64,000 bases of DNA from an uncultured Clostridia bacterium (GCA_948471525.1 CAOKSY010000006.1:11646-75645), one strand, 5' to 3'; positions 1 through 10,551 are shown, numbered from the stretch's first letter. Made by a program: numbers and translations. The notes: generated by a model from the sequence alone, not told the origin.

Positions 1-117
1 AAGGCGATATAAGAAAAAATCGCTCGTACTTGCCGTACGAGTCGACTTTTTTATTATGCCGATTTGGCGGCAAAGATGCTGTTTTACTTTCGCTCAGTCT
101 GCTTTTCCGCCGAACTA
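1..117. repeat. Intergenic modular repeat, copy R1 (terminator-hairpin module plus right arm ending in ccgccgaaCTA)
   Basis: nt 1-56 are identical to 15792-15847. They contain the hairpin ctcgtac-ttgcc-gtacgag flanked by an A-run and a T-run. The distal end ttttccgccgaac matches the ends at 16038-16050, 20727-20739 and 30468-30479. Confidence 0.85.
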
Positions 118-438
118 AAAAAACGATACTCCCGTAAACGTCATAGCTATATAACAGATCATAGCCAAGAACAGTATCAATAAATATACTAGTACTCCGA
201 AAAGCGAAAACTTTCTGACAGCCTTGGATATCAACGGATATTTTTTTCTGATCGAAAAAGCGACTATAATACCTATGAACGGCAACGTCAAAGACAGCAC
301 CATCAACCATCTTATCAAATGGATGCTTACGAATTCAAACTTGTTCTGTTCTTTGGGATCGCGCAACTGCTCGCCGCAAGACGGACATATAATCATGCCG
401 TCTTCGACGGGATTTCCGCATTTGAGACACTTTTTCAT
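115..438 (-). CDS. Zinc-ribbon domain membrane protein (hypothetical)
   Basis: The N-terminus has CLKCGNPV...CPSCGE (CxxC-x11-CxxC), followed by two hydrophobic TM-like segments. The TAG stop lies inside the repeat end. Confidence 0.7.
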   Translation of the reverse strand: MKKCLKCGNPVEDGMIICPSCGEQLRDPKEQNKFEFVSIHLIRWLMVLSLTLPFIGIIVAFSIRKKYPLISKAVRKFSLFGVLVYLLILFLAMICYIAMTFTGVSFF

Positions 439-517
439 AAATACATTTTAGCATCGTCAAATAAATAAGTCAATGCGCAAAATAAGCGTCTGCGTCAAAT
501 GTATGTAATTTATCTTA

Positions 518-2242
518 TCAATCGCAGTCGAGTTCCGCAAGCTGCGCGGCAATTATCGCCTTTACGTCTGCTACGGCATCGGCGCAAGCGACTTTTTTGC
601 TCTCGCCGCTACGGCGAACTGTGATCTCCACCTCGTCGGTAGCAAGGCTCTTGGGCGATACTACGATCCTTATAGGCATACCCATAAGATCGGCGTCGTT
701 GAATTTTACTCCTGCGCCTACGCTTCTGTCGTCATAGAGCACGTCAATACCGGCTTTTTTCAAATCTTCATACAAGCCCGCTGCTCTTTCCGCTACTTTC
801 CCGTCGTCGAGACGCAACGGACAGATATGCACCTGCCACGGAGCTACGGACATAGGAAGCACCAACCCCTTGTCGTCGCCCGACTCCTGCGCGATCGACG
901 CTATAGCCCTGCCTACGCCTATGCCGTAACAACCCATTATCGGATTAAACTCAGCGCCGTCCGCGCCGTGAACCGTCATATCCATAGACTTGGTGTATTT
1001 GGTGCCGAGTTGGAATATATTGCCAATTTCAATACCGTTTTCTATTCTCAAAGTGCCGCCGCACACAGGACATTTGCCGCCGTCCTTGACTTTGGATATA
1101 TCGCAGAACGTCGCGTCAGCGAGATCTCTTTTGAAGTTAAATCCTGTATAGTGATACTCGGGTTTGTTGGCTCCGATCACCAACGCATTTATATTCTCAA
1201 GCGACTTGTCATATACGGCGATCACGCTCTTATTCAGTCCATAGGGACCTATATTTCCGCAGGCGATAATATCGCTTATACCGCCGTCGTAAGGCACAAC
1301 GTCCTTGGAAATAGCCTTCTTGAGTTTCGCCTCGTTGACTTCCAGATCGCCTCTTATAAAGGCTATCACAATCTCGTCGCTCTTGCCTTTGACTGCAAAT
1401 ACGACAGCCTTGCAGGAGAGTTCCTTTGCTATACCTAGACGCGAACAAACCTCTTCGATCGTCTTATCCTGTCCGGTCTCAACGATTTGAAGCGGCTGAA
1501 CTTCGACCTTCGGAGTATCCAAAACACTCTCTGCGACTTCCATATTAGCCCTGTAATCGCAGTCGTTGCAAAGCACAATGCTGTCCTCGCCGACTTCGCT
1601 CAAAAGCATAAATTCGTGAGCTATGCTGCCGCCCATCATACCCGAGTCGGACTTGATGTCGATAAATCTCTTGAGACCTATACGCTTGAAAATCCTGTTG
1701 TACGCATCGAAGACCCTGTAATAATATTTTTCGAGATCTTCCTTAGTCTCGTGGAAAGAATAAGCGTCTTTCATAGTAAACTCTCTCACTCTTATCAAAC
1801 CGCCTCTCGAGCGAGCCTCGTCTCTGAACTTTGTCTGTATCTGATATATCATCATAGGCAGTTGATTATAACTGCTTACGATATGATTGGCGAGATGCAC
1901 TGCGGCTTCCTCGTGCGTCATACCGAGCAGCATATCGCGGTTGTTTCTGTCCTTAAAACGTACCATTTCGCTGCCGATAGTGTTGTATCTGTCGGAAAGT
2001 TCCCATATCTCTCTGGGCATTACGACGGGGAAAAGAACTTCCTGTCCGTCCAGAGCGTCCATCTCCTCTCTGATGATCTTCTGTATCTTGCCGCTCATCT
2101 TCTGGCACGGCATAGTCATAGAGTAGATACCTACCGCTACCTGCTTGATAAATCCCGCTCTCGAAAGAAGTATGTGACTTTTAATCTTTGCGTCTTGCGG
2201 CGCTTCTTTGGTGCGTTCGCAGACCAACTTACTCAACAACAT
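518..2242 (-). CDS. proS: Proline--tRNA ligase (bacterial type with editing insertion)
   Basis: Class II aaRS motifs are present: FRDEARSRGGLIRVREFTMKDAYSF and GCYGIGVGR. Length is about 574 aa counted from MLLSKLV. The ORF-track start at 2350 adds 36 non-conserved residues and is probably too far upstream. The stop codon is TGA. Confidence 0.93.
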   Translation of the reverse strand: MLLSKLVCERTKEAPQDAKIKSHILLSRAGFIKQVAVGIYSMTMPCQKMSGKIQKIIREEMDALDGQEVLFPVVMPREIWELSDRYNTIGSEMVRFKDRNNRDMLLGMTHEEAAVHLANHIVSSYNQLPMMIYQIQTKFRDEARSRGGLIRVREFTMKDAYSFHETKEDLEKYYYRVFDAYNRIFKRIGLKRFIDIKSDSGMMGGSIAHEFMLLSEVGEDSIVLCNDCDYRANMEVAESVLDTPKVEVQPLQIVETGQDKTIEEVCSRLGIAKELSCKAVVFAVKGKSDEIVIAFIRGDLEVNEAKLKKAISKDVVPYDGGISDIIACGNIGPYGLNKSVIAVYDKSLENINALVIGANKPEYHYTGFNFKRDLADATFCDISKVKDGGKCPVCGGTLRIENGIEIGNIFQLGTKYTKSMDMTVHGADGAEFNPIMGCYGIGVGRAIASIAQESGDDKGLVLPMSVAPWQVHICPLRLDDGKVAERAAGLYEDLKKAGIDVLYDDRSVGAGVKFNDADLMGMPIRIVVSPKSLATDEVEITVRRSGESKKVACADAVADVKAIIAAQLAELDCD

Positions 2243-2622
2243 AAATGCACTCCTCGCTGAAGTATATAAATTTATTGTTATTTTATCATAAGGCAAAAAT
2301 AATTGCAAGCAAACGAGTATATTTGACGTCCGATAATACCGCTCCGGCAACCGCCGTTACGGCAATATGCCGGTATGTCCGTATGAATGAATGTCGATAT
2401 GTGAATATGCGCATTTGAACATACGTTGAATTATGCTTTTGCGCATATGCGAAAATATGCAAATATTCAGCGGCGAGGCAAAAGCCCAACGAGTTTTTAC
2501 TGCCATATCGCAATTTTATAGACTGCCAATATACTGTTCCCCGTCGACGGCAAACCGCTATAGCAATTATTAAAACCGCCGCGCTTCCCCCCTGCCGATC
2601 AAAGCGATACGGCATAAGAATA

Positions 2623-2642
2623 CCGCCCGAAAACTCGGACGG
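2623..2642 (-). terminator. Stem-loop about 25 nt downstream of the MATE gene stop
   Basis: The minus strand reads CCGTCCGAG-tttt-CGGGCGG (7-bp stem including one GU pair), followed by the T-rich tattctta. Confidence 0.45.
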
Positions 2643-2666
2643 CAAATCTGAATTACTTTATCGGGG

Positions 2667-4058
2667 TCAAGCCACGCTCTTTCTGTGCTTGTTCGACTTA
2701 ATAGGAGCAATCGATATCCTACGCGCAACGCGCTTATATTTGTTGTGGATAATGACGTAATAACTTGCGATAAACAGTATATCTACGCCCAACCAAGCGC
2801 AAGGATTAGAAAGGCAAAGACCCAAATAGCCCAAAACTTTTACCAAGAAAAGCGAAGCGACTATTCTCATCACGAGTTCTATCACGCCTCCGATCATAGT
2901 AAGCGCGCTGTAGCCCATTCCCTGAAGTCCGTTGCGATAGACGTAGATAACCGCAAGTCCTATATAGAAAACTCCCTGCCAAAATAGATAGCGCTTTGAA
3001 AGCGACAGCATCTGCGCGCTTGGCTCTTTAATAAACAGCCCCGTGAGCAGATCCGATCCGAAATAGACCAAAATTCCGCTGACAAGAGCCAGTCCCACGC
3101 TGACTATCATCGCCTGATTGATACCTTTGTTGATACGGTCGATCTCGCCTGCTCCGTAATTCTGTCCGACGTAAGTAGCGACTGCGCTGCCCATTGCCAC
3201 AAGCGACTGCGTGACTATGCTGTCTATCTTGCTGGCGGCGGTATATGCGCTGACGTAAAGAGTGCCGAAAGTATTGAGAGCGGCTTGTTGAACCATTATT
3301 CCCACAGCTATTATCGAATATTGAAATGCCATCGGAAGACCTACGTATAGATGCTCCCAACAGAATTTTGCGCTCATTTTGAAATGACGCTTGCTAAGCC
3401 TGAGTATCTCATACCTTTTAAACATATAGATCGCGCACGCCAACGCCGAAAGCAACTGAGATATGACCGTAGCCCATCCGGCTCCCGCTACTCCCATATC
3501 GAATACGACGATAAACATCAGGTCGAGACCCACGTTTATGACCGAAGCGATTACCAAAAACAAAAGCGGTATCTTGCTGTCGCCCAAAGCGCGCAGAATA
3601 CTGGAGACGAGATTGTACAGCATCGTCGCGCCTACTCCTGCGAAAACTACAACAATGTAATCGTAAGAATAATTTATTATATCCTCGGGAGTCTGCATAA
3701 GTCTGAGAAGAGGCATCGTCGCAAATACGCTGGCAAGCGTAAGCAATACTGTGACTGCCGCACCGAGAACAAATGAAGACGCGACGCTGCGCTTAACGTT
3801 TTCCACGTCGCCGTTGCCGAAATACTGGCTTGTCTTTACTGCAAAACCCGCGGTAAGCCCCTGAACGAAACCTATTACCAAAAATGCTATCGACGTCGTC
3901 GCTCCCACTCCCGCAAAAGCCTGCTCGCCGAGCGTATTGCCGACGATGATGTTGTCGACCATACTGTATAACTGTTGAAATACATTACCTATGAATATAG
4001 GCAATGCAAAAACCAATATCTGTTTTAAGGGTTTGCCCTTTGTCAAATTTCTGACCAT
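2667..4058 (-). CDS. MATE family efflux transporter
   Basis: 463 aa and polytopic. The N-terminus LPIFIGNVFQQLYSMVDNIIVGNTLG is typical of the MATE/MOP superfamily, and the protein has a 12-TM-like hydrophobic pattern. Confidence 0.9.
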   Translation of the reverse strand: MVRNLTKGKPLKQILVFALPIFIGNVFQQLYSMVDNIIVGNTLGEQAFAGVGATTSIAFLVIGFVQGLTAGFAVKTSQYFGNGDVENVKRSVASSFVLGAAVTVLLTLASVFATMPLLRLMQTPEDIINYSYDYIVVVFAGVGATMLYNLVSSILRALGDSKIPLLFLVIASVINVGLDLMFIVVFDMGVAGAGWATVISQLLSALACAIYMFKRYEILRLSKRHFKMSAKFCWEHLYVGLPMAFQYSIIAVGIMVQQAALNTFGTLYVSAYTAASKIDSIVTQSLVAMGSAVATYVGQNYGAGEIDRINKGINQAMIVSVGLALVSGILVYFGSDLLTGLFIKEPSAQMLSLSKRYLFWQGVFYIGLAVIYVYRNGLQGMGYSALTMIGGVIELVMRIVASLFLVKVLGYLGLCLSNPCAWLGVDILFIASYYVIIHNKYKRVARRISIAPIKSNKHRKSVA

Positions 4059-4195
4059 CGTAATATCTCCGAATAAAGATTCACAATTTTCCCCGTCAGA
4101 ATTCTATGATATTATACAACTTATACAGAAAAAGTAAACTGTTTTGATACACTTTTAAAAATTTTTTTTGAAAAAATCAAAATATATCGAAATTT

Positions 4196-4231
4196 CGCGG
4201 CAGACAGGGACAAATTCGCCCGTCCGCCGCG
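4196..4231 (-). terminator. GC-rich stem-loop downstream of the feo operon
   Basis: CGCGGC...GCCGCG closes an imperfect stem of about 13 bp, 45 nt after the stop of the Cys-rich peptide gene. The U-tract on the minus strand is weak (aaatttcgatatatttt). Confidence 0.35.
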
Positions 4232-4275
4232 AAAAAACATTGATTTATTGCTGATAGAAAGCTGTTTTTTGTATA

Positions 4276-4488
4276 TCAAACGTCTTTCTCATCTCCGTCT
4301 TTTTTCTTTATCGAAAATCCGCATCCGCAGCACGACGAACAGTCTCCGCAACATCCTCCGCCCGACTTGCCGCGCTTTTTCGCGTAGATCTTACGACCGT
4401 AATACGCGCAAAATCCGCCTACCGTCACTGCCGCTACGACAATGCCCACCGCTATTCCCAAAACATCCGCCGACAGAAAACTAATCAT
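4276..4488 (-). CDS. FeoB-associated Cys-rich membrane protein
   Basis: 70 aa with one N-terminal TM segment and the Cys cluster GGGCCGDCSSCCGCG. It overlaps the feoB 3' end by 8 nt, the classic position for this family. Confidence 0.85.
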   Translation of the reverse strand: MISFLSADVLGIAVGIVVAAVTVGGFCAYYGRKIYAKKRGKSGGGCCGDCSSCCGCGFSIKKKDGDEKDV

Positions 4489-6796
4489 AATTTACCTCCT
4501 TTTTTAATGCCGAGCGTTTTTTATACGCAAAATGCGCGGATATCAATACCGCCGCAATTACAGCGGCAAATATAAATACGCTCCACCAATAGGTGCCGAC
4601 GAGATAAATTATCATCGATACCGTGTACGAGACCAGTATCCAAAACAGTATCGCCAACGAAGTGCGTTTTGCAGAACCGAACTCTCCTGCCGCCGCGCCG
4701 ACCGCCGCCATACACGGTACGGTAAGCAAGTTGAATGCCATAAAGGCAAATATTCCCGCAGTGGACACGCCGCTCGTCGATACGAATTCTTCTACGCTTC
4801 CCGCAAGCACTTCTATAGAAGAAATGACCTCTTCTTTTGCGATAAGTCCGCTCACGCAAGCGACGATAAACTTCCAGTCTCCGAATCCCAAAGGTTTGAA
4901 CAGCCACTCAAACCATCCGCCTACGGTAGCGAGTATACTCTCGCTTTCTTCTACCATGCGGAATGCGAAATTAAAGTTGAGAAGATACCATATCACGACC
5001 GTAGAAGCCGCTATTACAGTACCGGCTCTGAACACGAAATGTTTGAGTTTCTGCCATATATGTACGCTCACGCTCTTAAATTGAGGAATATGATACGCGG
5101 GCAGTTCCATTATAAACGGCGTCGCGCCCTTCTGTCCGCTCAACTTCTTGAGCAGCAACGCGGCGATCATAGCGACTGCGATACCCACCAAATATACTGA
5201 AAATACCGTCAGTTCCGCATTCCATCCCACCGTCGTCGCAAGTACTGCGGCAAAAGCATACCATATCGGGCTTTTTGCGCCGCACGAGAAGAATGGCGCA
5301 AGCAATATAGTAGATCTGCGTTCTCTGTCGTTTTCTATCGTACGCGTAGCCATTATACCCGGCACAGCGCATCCGAAACACATAAGCAACGGCATAAAGG
5401 ATTTGCCCGAAAGCCCTATTCTCCTAAAAGCTCTGTCCATTATAAACGCTATACGCGCCATATATCCGCTGTCTTCCAATATTGTCAAAAATATAAACAA
5501 TACCATTATCTGCGGCACGAAAGACAATACTCCGAACACTCCCGCCAATATTCCGTTGCACACAACGCCGTACGCCCAATCGGGAGCATTTTTCAATAGC
5601 CGCGGAATCCAACCTCCATTGATCTGCTCGCTCACCGTGCCGTCTTCGGCGGTTATCTCTTCGACCTCCAGTTCTCCGTTTACCACTTCGGCCAACGCTT
5701 CTACAAGTCCTTGCAGGAACACTCCGGGAGATTTTAGCTTATTGGCTCCGACTATGTTGCCGTCCTCGTCCGTCTCATATTCGCTGTCGACAAACAACTC
5801 CGCCACGGGATTTACGTCCGCAAACGAACCGTCGGGAATTACCGCAGACAAATACAGAAAATTGCCGCTGAATGTGATATGGAATATCGCAAACATTATC
5901 ATCAAGAATATGGGAATGCCCCAAAATCCGTGAGTGAGCACCCTGTCGGCCTTATCGCTCTTGGACATAACTGACCTATCGTTACGCCTTTTGATCACAT
6001 CCGCAAATTTCTCGCTTATTGCCGCGTATCTGCGATCCGCAACGCATCTTTCAAAATCACCGCCGTAATTCTTTGCGACCACAGTATTATTCGACTTTAT
6101 CTCCTCTATCTCTTTTGCCTTATCGCAATATTTCTGAGATACTATTCTGTCGCCTTCGATGAGTTTTATACTGTCGAAAAGACTTTCATCACTCTCGGCA
6201 GTCAGCGGCATAATCCTGTCGATACTGTCTTTTAACTCTCCGTCGCAAATAAAAGATACGGCTTGCCTTTGCCCTCCTGCCTGAGCCTTGACGAGTTGCA
6301 TCAATTCCTTGATGCCTTTTTTCTTGAGCGCGGATATAGATACTACCGGCACGCCGAGACGGGCGGACAGCAAGTCAACGTCTATGCTTTCTCCGTTAGC
6401 CGCAAGACAGTCCGTCATATTCAATGCGACTACGATCGGCGCGCCTATCTCCAAAAGTTGCGTCGTGAGATATAGATTGCGCTCAAGATTGGTCGCGTCG
6501 ACTATATTGAGTATCAAATCGGCGTCTTTGGAAAGTATATAATCTCTGGATATTATCTCCTCGGGAGAATACGGCGACAGCGAATATATCCCCGGCAGAT
6601 CGACGATATCTATCCTCGTATCCGACTTTTTGTCCCTATAGCTTCCCTCGAGTTTCTCGACCGTCACTCCCGTCCAATTGCCTACGTGCGCAGTCGCTCC
6701 TGTAAGCGCATTGAAAAGCGTTGTCTTGCCGCAGTTGGGATTGCCCGCCAAAGCGATCTTTATAGACGCTTTTTCTCTAGTCTTGTTTTTCATCAT
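4481..6796 (-). CDS. feoB: Ferrous iron transporter B
   Basis: The N-terminal G-domain has IALAGNPNCGKTTLFNALTG and DLPGIYSL, followed by a large polytopic permease domain. 771 aa. Confidence 0.95.
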   Translation of the reverse strand: MMKNKTREKASIKIALAGNPNCGKTTLFNALTGATAHVGNWTGVTVEKLEGSYRDKKSDTRIDIVDLPGIYSLSPYSPEEIISRDYILSKDADLILNIVDATNLERNLYLTTQLLEIGAPIVVALNMTDCLAANGESIDVDLLSARLGVPVVSISALKKKGIKELMQLVKAQAGGQRQAVSFICDGELKDSIDRIMPLTAESDESLFDSIKLIEGDRIVSQKYCDKAKEIEEIKSNNTVVAKNYGGDFERCVADRRYAAISEKFADVIKRRNDRSVMSKSDKADRVLTHGFWGIPIFLMIMFAIFHITFSGNFLYLSAVIPDGSFADVNPVAELFVDSEYETDEDGNIVGANKLKSPGVFLQGLVEALAEVVNGELEVEEITAEDGTVSEQINGGWIPRLLKNAPDWAYGVVCNGILAGVFGVLSFVPQIMVLFIFLTILEDSGYMARIAFIMDRAFRRIGLSGKSFMPLLMCFGCAVPGIMATRTIENDRERRSTILLAPFFSCGAKSPIWYAFAAVLATTVGWNAELTVFSVYLVGIAVAMIAALLLKKLSGQKGATPFIMELPAYHIPQFKSVSVHIWQKLKHFVFRAGTVIAASTVVIWYLLNFNFAFRMVEESESILATVGGWFEWLFKPLGFGDWKFIVACVSGLIAKEEVISSIEVLAGSVEEFVSTSGVSTAGIFAFMAFNLLTVPCMAAVGAAAGEFGSAKRTSLAILFWILVSYTVSMIIYLVGTYWWSVFIFAAVIAAVLISAHFAYKKRSALKKEVNYD

Positions 6797-7011
6797 CCCA
6801 CCTCCAAGTCGACAGTCTTCGCCACGTCTTTGTTCAATGCGATCCTACAATCTTTTACTCTCACTATGACGTCTCCGAAATTGCAGCGGATCACTTCCAA
6901 TTCGCCGCCCTCTATTATTCCGACGTTCCTCAATCGGTTGCGCGTCTTTTCGTCTGCGTCTATCTTTCTTACCTTGCCCTCTTTGCCTATAGGGGCGATT
7001 ATCAATCTCAT
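6793..7011 (-). CDS. feoA: FeoA family protein
   Basis: 72-aa small SH3-like protein (LRNVGIIEGGELEV). It overlaps the feoB start by 4 nt. The RBS is aaaaggagag. Confidence 0.85.
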   Translation of the reverse strand: MRLIIAPIGKEGKVRKIDADEKTRNRLRNVGIIEGGELEVIRCNFGDVIVRVKDCRIALNKDVAKTVDLEVG

Positions 7012-7030
7012 ACGCTCTCCTTTTGTTACC

Positions 7031-7105
7031 CTGCGCTAACATTTTAAGCGCAGCGATATTGTTAGTCTTTGCTAACATTATAATATTCGTCAAAGTCTCT
7101 GTCAA
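7031..7105 (-). promoter_or_regulatory. feoAB promoter with an operator-like inverted repeat and a 5'-UTR hairpin
   Basis: On the minus strand, TTGACA (7105-7100), a 17-nt spacer and TATAAT (7082-7077). The perfect inverted repeat TGTTAG-n6-CTAACA (7077-7060) abuts the -10. A 7-bp hairpin CTGCGCT...AGCGCAG (7053-7031) sits just before the RBS. Confidence 0.6.
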
Positions 7106-7340
7106 GTACTTTTACGACGAAATTTCTAATTTTTTTCAAAATTTGTTTAAATCAAACGCTTTAAAATAAAATATCGACGAAACAGTAAAATATCCCATTT
7201 TATAACGTGCGCGTAAAATATAAGGAGTATTTCTTTATCAATATAAGACGTCTTTGGTGAGCACGTAAAAAGGCAAGCGCGATGCGCTTGCCTTGAATTT
7301 CATTGTCAGCAATATCGTCTTTCCTAAGAAAGTCAAATCA

Positions 7341-8888
7341 TTACTTCTTTGCCGCAGGTTTCTTAGCTGCAGGTTTTTTAGCCGCGGCAGTCGCTTTAGC
7401 CGCCGTTGTTTTTTTAGCGGGAGCAGCGGTCTTTGCGGGAGCGGTCTTTGCAGCAGGTTTCTTAGCCGCAGCGGTTGTCTTGGTCGCAGTAGCCTTTGCT
7501 GCGGGCTTCTTTGCCGCAGTCGTTGCCTTAGCCGCAGTTGCTTTTGCGGGAGCCGCTTTCTTTGCCGCCGTTGCAGTAGTCTTAGCCGCAGCCGCCTTTG
7601 TTGCCGGGGCTTTCTTAGCAGGAGCAGCAGCCTTTGCGGGAGCTGCTTTAGCATCGGGTTTCTTTGCCGCAGTCGTTGCTTTAGCCGCCGTCTCTTTCTT
7701 TGCGGGCGCTGCCTTTGCCGCGGTTGCTTTCTTAGCAGGAGCTGCCGCCGCCGTCTTCTTCGCCGCAGTAGTAGCGGTAGTTTTCTTTGTAGTTACTCCG
7801 CTCTTTGCGCTTGTAGTAGCTTTCTTTGCAGGAGCCGCTTTCTTTGCCGCAGGCTTCTTCGCGGGAGCAGGCTCTTCGACTGCTTCTTCCACAGCTTCTG
7901 CCGCAACTTCTTCAACTGCAGGCTCTTCGACAGGTTGTTCTGCAACTTCTTCTACGATTACTTCCTCAACGGGAGCTTCAACCGCCTCTTCCACGACTTC
8001 CTCGACGATCTCTTCAGTTACATCCTCTACAGGCGCTTCCTCGACGACTTCTTCGATCACTTCTTCTACGACTTCTTCCTGTACGGGAGTTTCAGCAGCC
8101 TCTTCTACAACTTCTTCTATGATCTCTTCGGTCACTGCTTCAGCGGGCTGTTGCGCTACAACTTCCTCGACGATCTCTTCTACGACTTCTTCCTGCGCGG
8201 GAGCTTCGGTCTTAACTTCTTCCTCTGCTACTGCGGAAGCCGCTACTTCAGTCGCCACGTCGGACGCTACCGCGTTCTCCGCTGCGCCTTCGGTCGCTAC
8301 TGCGACTTCTGCCTTTCTGTTTTTGCTGAAAAGTTTGTCGTTCATGATCAAAAACTTCTCTGCAAAGAACATAATGATAAGATCAGCGCAAGAAAATGCT
8401 ATTGTCGCAACATTTAATGCCCAGCCTTCCGGATTCTTATTGATAATAGGCAATGTTGACCAAGAAGGAATACCCATAAGCGCATCTCTGATAGGCGCCT
8501 GTATTGCTACAGATCCTACCCAAAGTACTATGCTGAAAATCACATACATAAATATACCGAAAGCAAGATTATGTCTGGGCTTAAATAATACTTTTCTATG
8601 TAAAATGAAATTGATTACTTTACAAACGAATACTGCAACCAAAGTTACGATAAACGTTCCTTTATATTGCTCCATTCCCAAAAACATAAAATTGATCTTA
8701 TCCATTTCTCCGATTGCAGGAATAAATTTCGTACAAACATTTATTATCACTAACTGTACGATAAATCCCGCCATACTGAGGATTATGAACCAGATAAGCT
8801 GCAAAAATGATTTGCCTTTGCTTTTCTTTTTCGGTTGCTCTGCTACCGCCGTCTCTTCGACAGCCGTATTTTGCTTCTTTTCTTCCAT
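7341..8888 (-). CDS. GtrA-like membrane protein with an acidic (E/V) block and a basic Ala/Lys/Thr/Pro tail
   Basis: The N-terminal ~200 aa has 4 TM-like segments and INFILHRKVLFKPR, which resembles the GtrA motif. Residues ~215-335 carry EEVVEE-type repeats. Residues ~335-515 carry AAKKPAAK / KAAPAKK repeats. Confidence 0.75.
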   Translation of the reverse strand: MEEKKQNTAVEETAVAEQPKKKSKGKSFLQLIWFIILSMAGFIVQLVIINVCTKFIPAIGEMDKINFMFLGMEQYKGTFIVTLVAVFVCKVINFILHRKVLFKPRHNLAFGIFMYVIFSIVLWVGSVAIQAPIRDALMGIPSWSTLPIINKNPEGWALNVATIAFSCADLIIMFFAEKFLIMNDKLFSKNRKAEVAVATEGAAENAVASDVATEVAASAVAEEEVKTEAPAQEEVVEEIVEEVVAQQPAEAVTEEIIEEVVEEAAETPVQEEVVEEVIEEVVEEAPVEDVTEEIVEEVVEEAVEAPVEEVIVEEVAEQPVEEPAVEEVAAEAVEEAVEEPAPAKKPAAKKAAPAKKATTSAKSGVTTKKTTATTAAKKTAAAAPAKKATAAKAAPAKKETAAKATTAAKKPDAKAAPAKAAAPAKKAPATKAAAAKTTATAAKKAAPAKATAAKATTAAKKPAAKATATKTTAAAKKPAAKTAPAKTAAPAKKTTAAKATAAAKKPAAKKPAAKK

Positions 8889-9119
8889 AATTACACCATC
8901 CTATGAAATTAATATTTATACTAATTTATTAGTATTATACTATATAATATTTATTTAATCAATAATTTAGAGGGGCTTTTCCTATAAATTTTAACTTAAT
9001 TTATATCCAAATTTTACCTTTATCGGCTTTTTCACTTGAATTTAATTTGTATTTTTTATATGCAATTAGATAAATTACAAATTTTTTTTGAATTATAATA
9101 GATTTTTTAAGCAATTTTG

Positions 9120-9148
9120 TTGAATAATTAATATCTATGTGCTAAAAT
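9120..9148 (+). promoter_or_regulatory. Candidate sigma-A promoter of gdhA
   Basis: TTGAAT (9120-9125), a 17-nt spacer and TAAAAT (9143-9148) preceded by tgc (extended -10 like). It lies 47 nt upstream of the ATG. Confidence 0.5.
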
Positions 9149-9167
9149 GTGTTTGTTAAAAAATTAA

Positions 9168-10532
<1,365 letters not shown>

Positions 10533-10551
10533 TAAGAATTATCTCAAATCG

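Noticed and set aside
2286-2645. A 119-aa minus-strand ORF in the proS upstream spacer, and the 36-codon N-terminal extension of proS (start at 2350).
   Set aside because: No RBS is present, the composition is atypical, and the extension is not part of conserved ProS sequence, which begins at MLLSKLV.. with the expected ..LLSRAGFI.. motif shortly after.
7293-8958. Plus-strand ORFs of 374 and 551 aa, and a 138-aa minus-strand ORF, overlapping the 7341-8888 gene.
   Set aside because: They lie in the GC-rich tandem-repeat part, where all frames stay open. Their products are pure Cys/Arg/Ser/Leu or Ala/Phe low complexity. Only the 515-aa minus frame has a credible TM domain, start and RBS context.
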